A stretch of 32,297 nucleotides of DNA from a virus. Its lineage: Duplodnaviria > Caudoviricetes. The notes under the pieces were generated by a model. That model was not told the DNA's origin, searched no databases, and saw only the letters and a program-made list of their open reading frames with translations. How positions within the stretch are numbered: position 1 is the first letter of the stretch; every line of letters begins with the position of its first letter. The stretch is taken from positions 1 through 32,297 of IMG/VR virus record IMGVR_UViG_3300037851_000586. One strand, given 5' to 3'. Positions 7,762 through 17,132 of the stretch are shown here, piece after piece. The position numbers and the translations under genes were made by a program.

Positions 7762-9819
7762 CTATCCCTGCTGTATCTTCGCCACATCATACGGGTCTGG
7801 CGCGTTGGCGGGCCGGTACGAGAGCTGCCCGCTGCGGTTGTCCCACTCGCACGATTCGACGTAAAACTCGAACGGATTCGCCAGGAAGTCCGGCAGACCG
7901 ACCGCAGTCACGGTCAGCCATTGCCCCGCAATGCTGCGACCCGGCGGCACGGGCATCCCGCGTCCGTCGCGTACGATGCCGTCGCCGTCAATGGTGTACG
8001 ACAGAGCGTGCGCGGCGATGTACGCCTGTTCCTCGATAATCACCGTGCGGGCAGGAATTACGTCCGCCACAAAACGCCGGTCGTTGTCGGTCCCCTGCTC
8101 CAGTAGACGGTTCGCCTCGTCCAACGCCAGGTCGTCGCCGTCCCGATACTGGTAGCTATCAATCCCCGCCGTCTGGCGGAGTATCACCTGGTCGAAGAAC
8201 TGTCCGACGGTGTCTACCAGCGTCGCCAACTGCGTGCCGTTGTCTTCGCGGCCCCACACCTCGAACAGCATGTCGGCATCGGTCGGGCGCGTCTGCCATG
8301 CCGAGCCGTCGTATACCTTGAGGTTGCCGCGGCTGTACCCCAACGCTTCGCTGACGGCAATCTCGAAGTAGTTGTCGGGGTCATCCGACCCTGACCTGCT
8401 TATGGCGATCCAGTAGTCGGTCCCGTGTTCGATGGTGTAGCTATTGCCCGCGCTCCACGTGAATGATGTCCACGCGTAGTCGGCGGATACGTCCGCCCCC
8501 GCTACTGTGGCGACGGACCCCATGAGGTTCGTGCCGCTGGGCGAGCCGCTGCTGTCGGCCTGAATGGTCACCTGCACGTTGTCGGTCGGGCTACCTATCT
8601 TGCGTAGCTTGATCTTCACTTCACGCAACGGCCAGTCCGCGTCGTACAGCGTGGTGAATTTTTGCGCCATGTACTTTCCGTAGGCGGTGATGGTCACGGT
8701 CGCGGATGGTCCCTCGGTGACTAGCGGTTCCTCGACGACAATGTAGCCCATGCGCCGCAGGGTCACGGACGTACCGGCAGATTCTGCGCTGACCACCGCA
8801 GGGTCGATCTCGATGTGGTCGTAGTCGGTCCCGCCCCCGACGCCCTCCTCCTCGATGCTCTTGATGGTGTGCGGTCCGCTGTTGGCCGCGCTGCCGGTGA
8901 TGACAATCGGGTCGGAGCGCTTGAATCCGTCAAACCCGTTGGCGCTGTCGCGCATGTCGTCAACCGTGGCGAACGAGATGGTTGACGCGGTATACACTAG
9001 CGTATCGTGCTTGCCGTTGCTGCTGATGGTCTTGACCGCGTTGTTGCCGCTGTTCGTGGCCCCGCTGATCTTGACCTTGTTGCCCGCCTCAAACCCGTGC
9101 TGTCCGCCCACGTTCCAGATTTTGCCGTCGGCGGCCATCAGCACGATGTTGGCCGACGTGACCCCGACGCCGAGCTGCTGGTCTGCGCCGCTGCCGGTGT
9201 TGTTGACCTCACGCCCGTCCTCGCGCTTGTAGTACCGCCATCCCAGGGTAGACCACCATCCTGCGCACGAGAGACGCGCCTCGACGGTCGAAGCGCCGCC
9301 CTCGCGTACGAACGGGACCGGCGCTTTGTACTTTTCCAGCAGGAGCGCAGCAAGGGCGTCCGCTTGCGTTTCGTCTAGACTGCTGCGGCTGTACAGTAGC
9401 TCACGCGCGCCGTAGCGTCCGCTGCTGAATGTATCCTCGACCCACGCGGTCGTGCTGCGCTGGTCAATGTTGTCTGCGTCACGGTAGGTATAGGCGACGG
9501 CCACGCGGTTGTACATGCCGTCTAGCGACAGGCCTATCTCGACCGTGCCCAGGTTAACCGCAACTTCGGCGATGTAGCCGGTCCACACGGGGACGCCGCC
9601 CGTCTCAGGTACGATGTCTACGCCGTAGCGTAGCCAGTCAAACAGACCGTACAGCGACCCGATTGGTCCGGTGACGGTAATCTCGGCTTCGTCCGGTCCC
9701 CCGGTTACCGACCACGACCACCGCTGCGGGATGACGGTACAGCCCGCAGGGGCGCGCACGGGCAGTTGCGCCCCGGCCGCGCCGCGGTCGTAGAAGTCTA
9801 CGCTGAATGGCATGCTCAT
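7762..9819 (-). CDS. Baseplate hub / Tal-like minor tail protein with inserted beta-sandwich domains (685 aa)
   Basis: Second gene after the tape measure; VWTGYIAEV, MYNRVAVAY, SSGRYGAREL hub-like motifs; central insertions (HGFEAGNKVKISG; AQKFTT...ADSSGSPSG...YWIAIS). Confidence 0.7.
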   Translation of the reverse strand: MSMPFSVDFYDRGAAGAQLPVRAPAGCTVIPQRWSWSVTGGPDEAEITVTGPIGSLYGLFDWLRYGVDIVPETGGVPVWTGYIAEVAVNLGTVEIGLSLDGMYNRVAVAYTYRDADNIDQRSTTAWVEDTFSSGRYGARELLYSRSSLDETQADALAALLLEKYKAPVPFVREGGASTVEARLSCAGWWSTLGWRYYKREDGREVNNTGSGADQQLGVGVTSANIVLMAADGKIWNVGGQHGFEAGNKVKISGATNSGNNAVKTISSNGKHDTLVYTASTISFATVDDMRDSANGFDGFKRSDPIVITGSAANSGPHTIKSIEEEGVGGGTDYDHIEIDPAVVSAESAGTSVTLRRMGYIVVEEPLVTEGPSATVTITAYGKYMAQKFTTLYDADWPLREVKIKLRKIGSPTDNVQVTIQADSSGSPSGTNLMGSVATVAGADVSADYAWTSFTWSAGNSYTIEHGTDYWIAISRSGSDDPDNYFEIAVSEALGYSRGNLKVYDGSAWQTRPTDADMLFEVWGREDNGTQLATLVDTVGQFFDQVILRQTAGIDSYQYRDGDDLALDEANRLLEQGTDNDRRFVADVIPARTVIIEEQAYIAAHALSYTIDGDGIVRDGRGMPVPPGRSIAGQWLTVTAVGLPDFLANPFEFYVESCEWDNRSGQLSYRPANAPDPYDVAKIQQG

Positions 9820-11165
9820 ATCGTCAACCGCCGCGGCTTGTAGTCTGCCGTGACCAGCGCGGTGCGCGTCAGGTCGAACGCTCCGTTCTCGCCCATACTG
9901 GTGATGTACAGACGGTTAATCATGCCCGGATACAACCACAACGGTCCCCCGCGTGCGCTGTAGGTAGGTAGCTTGTCGCTTGACGTTTCGAGGTGGTAGA
10001 CCTCGCCCTCCATATCGTCAATCACCACGTATTCGTTCTGCGCCAAGCTGTTTTCGGTGAACAGAATCTGCTTGACCCGACGCTCGGAGTTGACCGGCAC
10101 GAACTGAATGTACTGCACGGTCGCAGACCACGATCCGGTGTAGCGGAAGCCCACGCCCAGATATAGGTCATCGTAGCCGGTGGTATAACCGCCCGGCGGC
10201 AGCGGCACCAGTCCCAGGTCTACGACCTCGGCGGCCACGTCTACCCACGCGCCCTCCCAGATGTGGAGCGCGGTGCTGGCCGACGAACCGCCCCATTGTA
10301 CGTAGGGCACGGCTTGCGCCCCGCTGCCGGGGATGTCAATCACCATCAGCACGCGGCAGTATGCACCCAGGAATGCGTCGAGCCGTGCGGTGGCTATGTT
10401 CCAGTCAATGTCGGCGGTCAACCCGGTCGGGTTAGTCAGCGACAGCGAGCCGGTCGCAGCGCGACTCTCCGCGCCCGTCATCCACACGTCCGCAGTGGCG
10501 GGCGACCAGTAGACGTTGTTTTGCACCCACACGGTCGAGTAGAACTCCGATCCCGCCACGGTGTTCTTGATGCTCAGTTTGACCGGCGTAGGCAAACTGC
10601 CGTTGATCTGCGCCGCGGCAATCTGCACCCAATTGCTATCGTAGGTGTTGGTGATGCTAGCGCCCGACGTCGTGGCGCTCGTCGTGGCCGCACTGCTGAC
10701 GGACAACGCTGTTGCGGAGGATGCGTCCTCTTCCCACCACGTCCGCCGCGTGATATGCAACCGCGCCTCGTAGCCGACGTTGGCGAAGACGGCCAACGCA
10801 CTTTCGTCTAGCTCGAGGTTGCCGCCGATGACCTCGCTGCGCCAGTCATTCGTTTCGGCGTCTACTTTGAGATGCAAGTAGACGCGCGCTCCGGCGTGGT
10901 GCGCCTGTCGTTCACGCGCGCGGTGCAGCAGACGTTCGATGCTGCGTTGCACGTCCTGCAGCGCGCTCTTGCTAGCCGCATATAGGTATAGCTCCAACGT
11001 TTCGGTGACGAACGGATACCACGCTGTCCCGATCCACTCGCCGTCGCTGGCGCGGCCCGGTGCGGTCGGTTCCCCGCTGCGCGGTGTGTAGTTGACCAAC
11101 ATTGCGTTGGTAGACGCCAACTGTACGGTCGTGTCGCCGTCCGTCAGCCATGCGCTGTGCGCCAT
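9816..11165 (-). CDS. Distal tail (Dit-like) protein (449 aa)
   Basis: Directly downstream of the tape measure; C-terminal LWLYPGMINRL...YKPRRL resembles Dit termini; length suggests an inserted domain. Confidence 0.7.
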   Translation of the reverse strand: MAHSAWLTDGDTTVQLASTNAMLVNYTPRSGEPTAPGRASDGEWIGTAWYPFVTETLELYLYAASKSALQDVQRSIERLLHRARERQAHHAGARVYLHLKVDAETNDWRSEVIGGNLELDESALAVFANVGYEARLHITRRTWWEEDASSATALSVSSAATTSATTSGASITNTYDSNWVQIAAAQINGSLPTPVKLSIKNTVAGSEFYSTVWVQNNVYWSPATADVWMTGAESRAATGSLSLTNPTGLTADIDWNIATARLDAFLGAYCRVLMVIDIPGSGAQAVPYVQWGGSSASTALHIWEGAWVDVAAEVVDLGLVPLPPGGYTTGYDDLYLGVGFRYTGSWSATVQYIQFVPVNSERRVKQILFTENSLAQNEYVVIDDMEGEVYHLETSSDKLPTYSARGGPLWLYPGMINRLYITSMGENGAFDLTRTALVTADYKPRRLTI

Positions 11166-13918
11166 TACATGCGCCTCCGTTTGCGGTCAATTACGTCTGC
11201 GACTTGGTACGCCAAGCGCTGCACGTCGAGGTTGCTGGCGACCGTGGCGTTGACCACGACCGTCGCGCCTACCCTGCCGTCCATGCGGTCCGTCTCGTAG
11301 CGGTTATAAATGCGCGTCCCGCGCGGCAAGCTCAGGAGCTCCGGACCGCGCTCCCCGACCAGCGCCATACCGCCTAGCCAGAACCCGTCGCCGACGGCGC
11401 GCGGCGCCCACAACGCGTTCGGGTTACCGGCGTCTTTCCACGGACCTATCCCCCCCTGCCCGCCCCCCGCGCCAAACGTCCCGCCCCCGCCGCCACCCCC
11501 GCCGCCGCCGCCGCCGATGCCGATGCCCAGACCGCCAAGCAATCGCACGACCAAGTTGAGCGGGTCTGACCACCATGCCGGTTTGTGAATCGGCGGCCAC
11601 GCGAACGTCGGATACTTTGGCCACGCGAACGGCGGCCACGTGAACGGCGGCCAATCGAATGTCGGGAAGTCCGGCCAATCGAACTCCCACGCCAGCAGAC
11701 GGTCAATGTCCGCACGCAGGTAGCTCGCTCCGGTCGGCTCATACGTCGGGCGCAGTACGTCGGCTGTGGACAACGGCGTGTCCGGGATGTTGTCCCAACT
11801 AAACCAGTCCCCGATGCTGATCTTGTACCTGCGTCTGTCATTCTCGATGGTCCGCAACGCACCGTCAATCTCCGCCGCCATGTCCGCCGACAGCCCGTCG
11901 TATGAGAACCAGTCCCCGATGTACAGCTTCTCGACGTTCCCCTGCTCGCCCAGTTGCTGGAAGATGCCGCCGATCTTGGTTGAGACGTATTGCGGCGTAT
12001 CCTCACGCACGAAAAACATGTTCGGGCCGATCTCGATGCGGTGCCGTTTCAACTCCGCGTTCCACGATTCGGCCAAACCCAGTATCTCCAACCGCGTCGT
12101 TTCGCCCAGCGTCTGCCAGTCGAACCAGTTGCCGATCTCGATCTTGTGCAGACCTAGCTCTTTGTTGACCGTCTCTAGGTAGGGTCCGATCTTGACTGTT
12201 TCAAAGCCCGTTTCGGCGTCAAACGTCCATTCGTACCAGTCGGCAATGTTGATGGTCGTCTTGTCGCCCTCGGGGCGGAATTCGGTTTTCTTGAGCAGCC
12301 CGCCGACGCGGAGGGCGACTTCCTTCTCGCTTTTGTGCCAGTCAATAAAATTGACGATGTTGAGCTTCGATACACCCTCGCCCGTACCGGCTACGGTGAA
12401 TAGGCGGGCGAACTGCGCCCGCCACGCCGTGCCGAACTTCCAGAACTCGACCTTGCCCTCGCCTTCCCCAATCAGGAGTTGGAACAGCGATAGGTTCGGC
12501 TTGTACGTCAATAGTATCTCGTCCAGGCGCAGGGTAATCTCGCGGCCGGTCTGGTCCCAGTCGAACCAGTCCCCGATGGTGATCTTGGTAGTCGGCTTCT
12601 CTAGCGTATAGTCGCCTGTGATGGTCACGCTGCCCAGCGCCAGGTCGAGTTTGCCCGTCCCCATCTGCTGCGTCAGCGTCGTGACAAACTGCGTCGCCTG
12701 CGCCAGACCGCCGGTGACCCACTCGGAGAACGGGGTAAACAACTGCGTGAGCAGCGGCGCAGAGACCTGCAACAGTCCGTTGAACCCTTGCACTAGCCCC
12801 TTTAGCCCGTCACCCATGCCCTCGCCGAGCGACGCCTTGAGCGCAAAGACGGTGTCGCCCAACTGTTTCAACGACGCCTTTAGCGTATCGTTGCGTATCT
12901 CGGCGCTTTCCAGCGCGCTGGTGTTTTGGATAACGGCAAGCGCTTTCTGGTAGTCCGCCGTCGTGGTTTGCAGTAGCGCTTGCACCAGCGGCAGCGCTTC
13001 CTGCCCGAAGATACGCCCGACGTAGTCAGACGTCTGGTACGCCCCCATGTCCTTAAAGGTGACGCGCACCTGGTCCAACGTCTGTTCGTAGCTCTTGAGG
13101 TTGCCGTTGGCGTCGAAGAAGACGTTGCTGCCGTCTTTTGTCATCCACCCCAACTCCTGCATGGCGGCGGCGGCGTCCTCGCTTTTGGGGACCAGGTTCT
13201 GGATCATGTAGCTATACGCCGTGCCCTGGCGCATGCCGGACTTGAAGTTGAAGTCGGTCGTGGCGAGTGTGGCGTTGACCTGGTCGAGCGTGATACCGAA
13301 TATAGACGCCGCGGGTCCGGCGTTGGCGATGGCGTGGCTGTAGTCCTGGATGTCCCACTTGCCGTAGTTCATGGCCCCGACCATGCTGTCCACAGCCTTC
13401 GCGGACTGGTCTGCGGTCAGGTTGAACATGCCCATTGACGAGGTGAGCGTGTCGGCGGCCAGGCCGAAGTCATTGTTGGTTGCGTTGGCGAGCAGAATTG
13501 TAGACTTGGTGACGCCGCCGATGGATTCTTGAACCGAAACGCCGTTCTTCGCCAGCGTCTCCATGACAACCGCGGCCTCGGCCATGCCGACGTTGAGCGT
13601 CGGGTCCAACGCCATGTCGGTGATGGCTTGCGAGATTTTGGCGGACTCTGCCGCGGTCGAACGGTAGATGGCGTTGACGTTGGCGAGCGCTTGCTCGTGT
13701 TCGGCCGCGGCCATCGTCGCGTCCCCGATAAACCCAACTACGCCCTGGGCGACTTTCCACGTACCCAGCGCCGCGCCGACGCCGATGGCCGCTTTCGCCA
13801 ATCCGCCCATCATAGAGCCGCCCATGCTGCCAAGCCCCTGCAGATCGCGCTTGGCATCGTTGACGGCCCTACTCAGGTTGTTCCTGCCATTGATGACAAC
13901 TTCGACGCTCGCGGCCAT
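11165..13918 (-). CDS. Tail tape measure protein (917 aa)
   Basis: TP901-type core (GITLDQVNATLA...SGMRQGTA...FFDANGNLKS...IFGQEA), C-terminal ALVGERGPELLSLPRGTRIY; follows the chaperones. Confidence 0.93.
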   Translation of the reverse strand: MAASVEVVINGRNNLSRAVNDAKRDLQGLGSMGGSMMGGLAKAAIGVGAALGTWKVAQGVVGFIGDATMAAAEHEQALANVNAIYRSTAAESAKISQAITDMALDPTLNVGMAEAAVVMETLAKNGVSVQESIGGVTKSTILLANATNNDFGLAADTLTSSMGMFNLTADQSAKAVDSMVGAMNYGKWDIQDYSHAIANAGPAASIFGITLDQVNATLATTDFNFKSGMRQGTAYSYMIQNLVPKSEDAAAAMQELGWMTKDGSNVFFDANGNLKSYEQTLDQVRVTFKDMGAYQTSDYVGRIFGQEALPLVQALLQTTTADYQKALAVIQNTSALESAEIRNDTLKASLKQLGDTVFALKASLGEGMGDGLKGLVQGFNGLLQVSAPLLTQLFTPFSEWVTGGLAQATQFVTTLTQQMGTGKLDLALGSVTITGDYTLEKPTTKITIGDWFDWDQTGREITLRLDEILLTYKPNLSLFQLLIGEGEGKVEFWKFGTAWRAQFARLFTVAGTGEGVSKLNIVNFIDWHKSEKEVALRVGGLLKKTEFRPEGDKTTINIADWYEWTFDAETGFETVKIGPYLETVNKELGLHKIEIGNWFDWQTLGETTRLEILGLAESWNAELKRHRIEIGPNMFFVREDTPQYVSTKIGGIFQQLGEQGNVEKLYIGDWFSYDGLSADMAAEIDGALRTIENDRRRYKISIGDWFSWDNIPDTPLSTADVLRPTYEPTGASYLRADIDRLLAWEFDWPDFPTFDWPPFTWPPFAWPKYPTFAWPPIHKPAWWSDPLNLVVRLLGGLGIGIGGGGGGGGGGGGTFGAGGGQGGIGPWKDAGNPNALWAPRAVGDGFWLGGMALVGERGPELLSLPRGTRIYNRYETDRMDGRVGATVVVNATVASNLDVQRLAYQVADVIDRKRRRM

Positions 13919-14131
13919 TTATCGTGTCCTGTTGCGCTGCTGTTCGGACTTCGCCTTATCGAGCTTGGTCCGTTCGTTCTCCCAGTGAGCGCGGGCATCC
14001 AACCGGATCGCGATCTCTTCCACCAGGTCGAACGGCGCGCTTTCGAGGTCTGACCAAGACCACCCCATCTCCGTCATGACGGCGATCTCCTTGCCGTATC
14101 GGGTCTCTAACGGCGTGGGGCGGTCTTGCAT
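13919..14131 (-). CDS. Tail assembly chaperone, C-terminal (gpT-like) frame reached by -1 frameshift
   Basis: MGWSWSDLESAP motif; frame is open upstream to the GGGAAAC slippery site (GKRIRRAYEYLI-MQDRP). Confidence 0.8.
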   Translation of the reverse strand: MQDRPTPLETRYGKEIAVMTEMGWSWSDLESAPFDLVEEIAIRLDARAHWENERTKLDKAKSEQQRNRTR

Positions 14132-14133
14132 GA

Positions 14134-14484
14134 TCAGGTATTCGTAAGCGCGCCGGATTCGTTTCCCTCGTCAGCCGTCACGTTATCGTTGATGTCCGAC
14201 ATGACGTCCAGCAGCTTGTCCGTGATCCACGTCGGCAGTGCGTCAATGTTGTCTACCGTCACGGGTCTGCCCTCGAAGCCAGGCCCTTCCCACGCCACGA
14301 CCGCACGGTGCAACTGTTCGGCGCGCAACCGCGGATAGTCCATCTCGGCGGACTGCGTGAACGGGTTTACCTTGAACGCACGGGATGTCGCCTCACTCGC
14401 TTGCCCGTAGCTCAGCTTCCGCAACGTTACGCGGTTCTGTTCGTCCAGTTCGACGACCCGCGTCTGTTGGGTAAAGAAACTCAT
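14134..14484 (-). CDS. Tail assembly chaperone (gpG-like, 116 aa)
   Basis: Between tail tube and tape measure; VVAWEGPGF...VTVDNIDALP; ends ...EGN with a slippery heptamer. Confidence 0.85.
   Translation of the reverse strand: MSFFTQQTRVVELDEQNRVTLRKLSYGQASEATSRAFKVNPFTQSAEMDYPRLRAEQLHRAVVAWEGPGFEGRPVTVDNIDALPTWITDKLLDVMSDINDNVTADEGNESGALTNT
14161..14167 (-). other. Programmed -1 frameshift slippery site G GGA AAC
   Basis: X XXY YYZ heptamer in the correct phase; the -1 frame joins ORF 13919-14131 without a stop. Confidence 0.85.
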
Positions 14485-14497
14485 CTAGCCCCCCTGA

Positions 14498-15496
14498 CTA
14501 GCTCGCTAGATTGGCGCGCGTGTTGGTGACTGCGACCTCGAACGCCAGATCGTCGGCGCTGCTGTATACCACATGCCCGTCAAACGTCACGGTAGTATTG
14601 CCGTCTGCATTCTGGTAGTCACTCACGCTGTCCCACTTGACGGCCATGTCGTGGTAGATGTTGCGACTGGCGCTGCTGCCGTCTGTGTCGAGCCGTACTA
14701 GCCGCACGGTTTGCGCCTCATACGCCGCACGTTCGGCGGCCACGGTGCCCGCGCTGTCTTCCAGTTCCAGTGTCAGGCTGACCGTCACCTCGGGCCGCGT
14801 GAACTTGTGCGCCGCAAAGTACAGGCTACCATCGCCTACAGGAACCGGCACGATGCCCGTGCGACAGCGGAGTTCCAGGCCCATCAGTACGCCACTTTCC
14901 TGCGTGGTCCCGACGGTCCCGCCGCTAGCGTCAATGTAGAGCTTGGTGCGCGCCAGCAGCGCTTCCTCGACGGTCAGGAGCGTGCTGAGACTGGTCGCCG
15001 TGCCGGTGTTTAGTTGCCGTCCTACCCAGTTGGCCGCTACGGTCAGCGGGCCACCTGCGTCCCCGCTGACGGTGAACTCCTCGACGAAGCAATACGGCAT
15101 CTCACGGTAGTCGCCCGCAACAACGCTGTTCACCATCTCCAACGTGTAGGTCTTGATGGTGTTGACCGTGTTGCCCGTCGCCATCGTGTAGGTGTACGTG
15201 TATGGCGCTGCTGTACCCGTAGGCGTAGCGGTCATGATGCCCGCCTCGAGTATGTGCGGATACTGCTCGAACGTCAGCGGCGTAGCGGGCATGTTGCACC
15301 GCCCCAGATACGCCGCGGTGTAGCTCCGTTCGGACGTGAACAAAATGCCCACGTTCTCGTCCACCACTTCGATGCGGCGGTCGTCCGTCAACCCGCCGAA
15401 CGCACCGCGCCATATCTCCGTGGCCGCGACCGCTGTGCCCGCGGTGGATTCGCGGCCAAACTGCATCTTGTTGTGATACCAGCCCCCATAGCTCAT
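14498..15496 (-). CDS. Major tail tube protein (332 aa)
   Basis: N-terminal KMQFGRESTAGTAV, TYTLE, beta-rich; upstream of the chaperones; no sheath gene, so a siphovirus tail. Confidence 0.85.
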   Translation of the reverse strand: MSYGGWYHNKMQFGRESTAGTAVAATEIWRGAFGGLTDDRRIEVVDENVGILFTSERSYTAAYLGRCNMPATPLTFEQYPHILEAGIMTATPTGTAAPYTYTYTMATGNTVNTIKTYTLEMVNSVVAGDYREMPYCFVEEFTVSGDAGGPLTVAANWVGRQLNTGTATSLSTLLTVEEALLARTKLYIDASGGTVGTTQESGVLMGLELRCRTGIVPVPVGDGSLYFAAHKFTRPEVTVSLTLELEDSAGTVAAERAAYEAQTVRLVRLDTDGSSASRNIYHDMAVKWDSVSDYQNADGNTTVTFDGHVVYSSADDLAFEVAVTNTRANLAS

Positions 15497-15696
15497 TCGT
15501 CACTCTCCTCCGGTTGCTCCGGTTGCTTGTCCGGCTTGCCCGGTTTCGGGGCCGGTGTCTCGACATACAGCACGACGCCGCTGGTGTTCTGCTGTTCGAT
15601 AATCGTCGCACGCCAGCGCCGTGTCTCGTCCTCGTTTAGGTCGCGGGCCGGGATGCCCTGGATATAGCCCCCGCCCATGTAGACCATTGCCGCCAT
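15493..15696 (-). CDS. Small hypothetical virion-cluster protein (67 aa)
   Basis: YMGGGYIQGIPARDL motif; ATGA overlap with the tail tube gene. Confidence 0.7.
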   Translation of the reverse strand: MAAMVYMGGGYIQGIPARDLNEDETRRWRATIIEQQNTSGVVLYVETPAPKPGKPDKQPEQPEESDE

Positions 15697-15706
15697 CCCG
15701 ACCCTC

Positions 15707-16111
15707 CTAGTGTAGCTTGACGCTCAGTATGAAGCGCATCCCGTAATGCACGTAGTTGGCGTACTCCATCGGTCCCGCAACGTAGGCGACGGGAAACGCA
15801 ATCGTTGCCCCTGCCGTAGCCAACGTCGTGTCGGCAATCAACGCCGCAATCACTCGGTCGGGCCAGATGTGGACCGCAGACATGGCCGCGCTGACGACCG
15901 TCTTGGCTTGGTGAATCTCGGCATGGACCACGTGAACCTGCTTGTCCAGCGTCGCCCCCATCGGCGTCAACGTCCCGTTGGCGAGATACACCAACGCAAA
16001 CGGGAATACGCTCTCGCTTGGATTGGTCGGCGCGTCCAGATACGCCGCCTGGATGCCCGTCAGGTTGTCGAAGATCGTCTGCAACGCGCTCATGACGCTA
16101 GGCGTACTCAT
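15707..16111 (-). CDS. Tail terminator / tail completion protein (134 aa)
   Basis: FPFALVY and ALIADTTL motifs; size and position before the tail tube. Confidence 0.7.
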   Translation of the reverse strand: MSTPSVMSALQTIFDNLTGIQAAYLDAPTNPSESVFPFALVYLANGTLTPMGATLDKQVHVVHAEIHQAKTVVSAAMSAVHIWPDRVIAALIADTTLATAGATIAFPVAYVAGPMEYANYVHYGMRFILSVKLH

Positions 16112-16491
16112 GGCATGGTGTCCCCGTCGTGCGCAGCGATGTCCATGTCCAACCGCATCTCCCCGCTATGCGTAGGTCCGCTGAGCGTGCCCAACACACG
16201 GTAGCGCACGCTGTCTACGACCACCACATCGTTGCGCCGCACGTCGGTCCCGACAGGCACATGCCCCACGTACTGTGCCACCCGCGCTTCGTACACTGTA
16301 CCCATGTCATCCACCGGCGATAACATGCTGCGCTCTACCCAGATCGGGACCCCCGTTGCCACCGTGGTCAACGTGGTCAGTAACCTGCTGTTGGCATCTA
16401 CCGCCTCGGTCGGGCGATATACCGTGGCGGTGTCGGTCATGGCGCGGCGGGCAATGCGCTGCGCCACGCCGGTCAGCGCGGCCGGGTTCAT
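16108..16491 (-). CDS. Head closure / stopper protein (127 aa)
   Basis: MTDTATVYR...VPVGTDVRRNDVVVVDSVRYRV is the SPP1 gp16-like beta-barrel pattern. Confidence 0.75.
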   Translation of the reverse strand: MNPAALTGVAQRIARRAMTDTATVYRPTEAVDANSRLLTTLTTVATGVPIWVERSMLSPVDDMGTVYEARVAQYVGHVPVGTDVRRNDVVVVDSVRYRVLGTLSGPTHSGEMRLDMDIAAHDGDTMP

Positions 16492-17132
16492 ACGGACACC
16501 CCCTGCACCAGACCCGATTCGGGGTCACGCAACGGCCACAGGGCAACGTTGTTGTGGATGTGGCCGCATAGCACCCCGAAGTGCGCCACTTGCGCGACGC
16601 CCGCTTCTCGACAGTCCGCCGCAAACGTGACATCTACCGTGACCCCATCCTCCATCCGGAACGGCACGCGTTCCAGCGCATCACGCCGCACCAACGTGCA
16701 ACCACAGCCGACGCCGTTGACCGGCACGACCTCGCAGCGTATGGCGTCCGCCAGAGCGTCGGGGTCCGTGCTGAAGCTCTGGCCGTGCCCCGCCCCGAGC
16801 TTGCGCGCGTTGACCACATACGTATGCCGCAGCATGTAGACTCCATATGCTACGGCCGCGCCGGTATCCCACAGTTTCCCAAGCGCGTCACTTGGGATAA
16901 TCATGTCATGCTCAACGCACCACAGCGCGTCGTAGCCGTCCAACAACGCCTTGTCACGCGCCAACATGAATTGCGCCGCTACGTTGCGGAGGTCCGGCGC
17001 GGGATGCGGGTTGTGCCGCCCGATGACGTGCATCATGCGCCCGCTCCATTGCTGCATACCTACGCTCTTGACCGTTTCAGGGCGCAGCGCATCGCCATAC
17101 GTCGGGGTATAGCACAATACGCGCGGCGTCAC
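16488..17132 (-). CDS. GT-A fold (GT2-like) glycosyltransferase (214 aa) within the neck genes
   Basis: VLCYTPTY, YDALWCVEHDM (DxD-equivalent), GCGCTLVRRDALE, DVTFAADC, CGHI; GTG start at 17132 with GGAGG, overlapping the upstream stop. Confidence 0.8.
   Translation of the reverse strand: MTPRVLCYTPTYGDALRPETVKSVGMQQWSGRMMHVIGRHNPHPAPDLRNVAAQFMLARDKALLDGYDALWCVEHDMIIPSDALGKLWDTGAAVAYGVYMLRHTYVVNARKLGAGHGQSFSTDPDALADAIRCEVVPVNGVGCGCTLVRRDALERVPFRMEDGVTVDVTFAADCREAGVAQVAHFGVLCGHIHNNVALWPLRDPESGLVQGVSV

Noticed and set aside
11450-11530. C-rich tract as a regulatory G4 or simple repeat
   Set aside because: Explained by the poly-Gly coding run in the tape measure protein.
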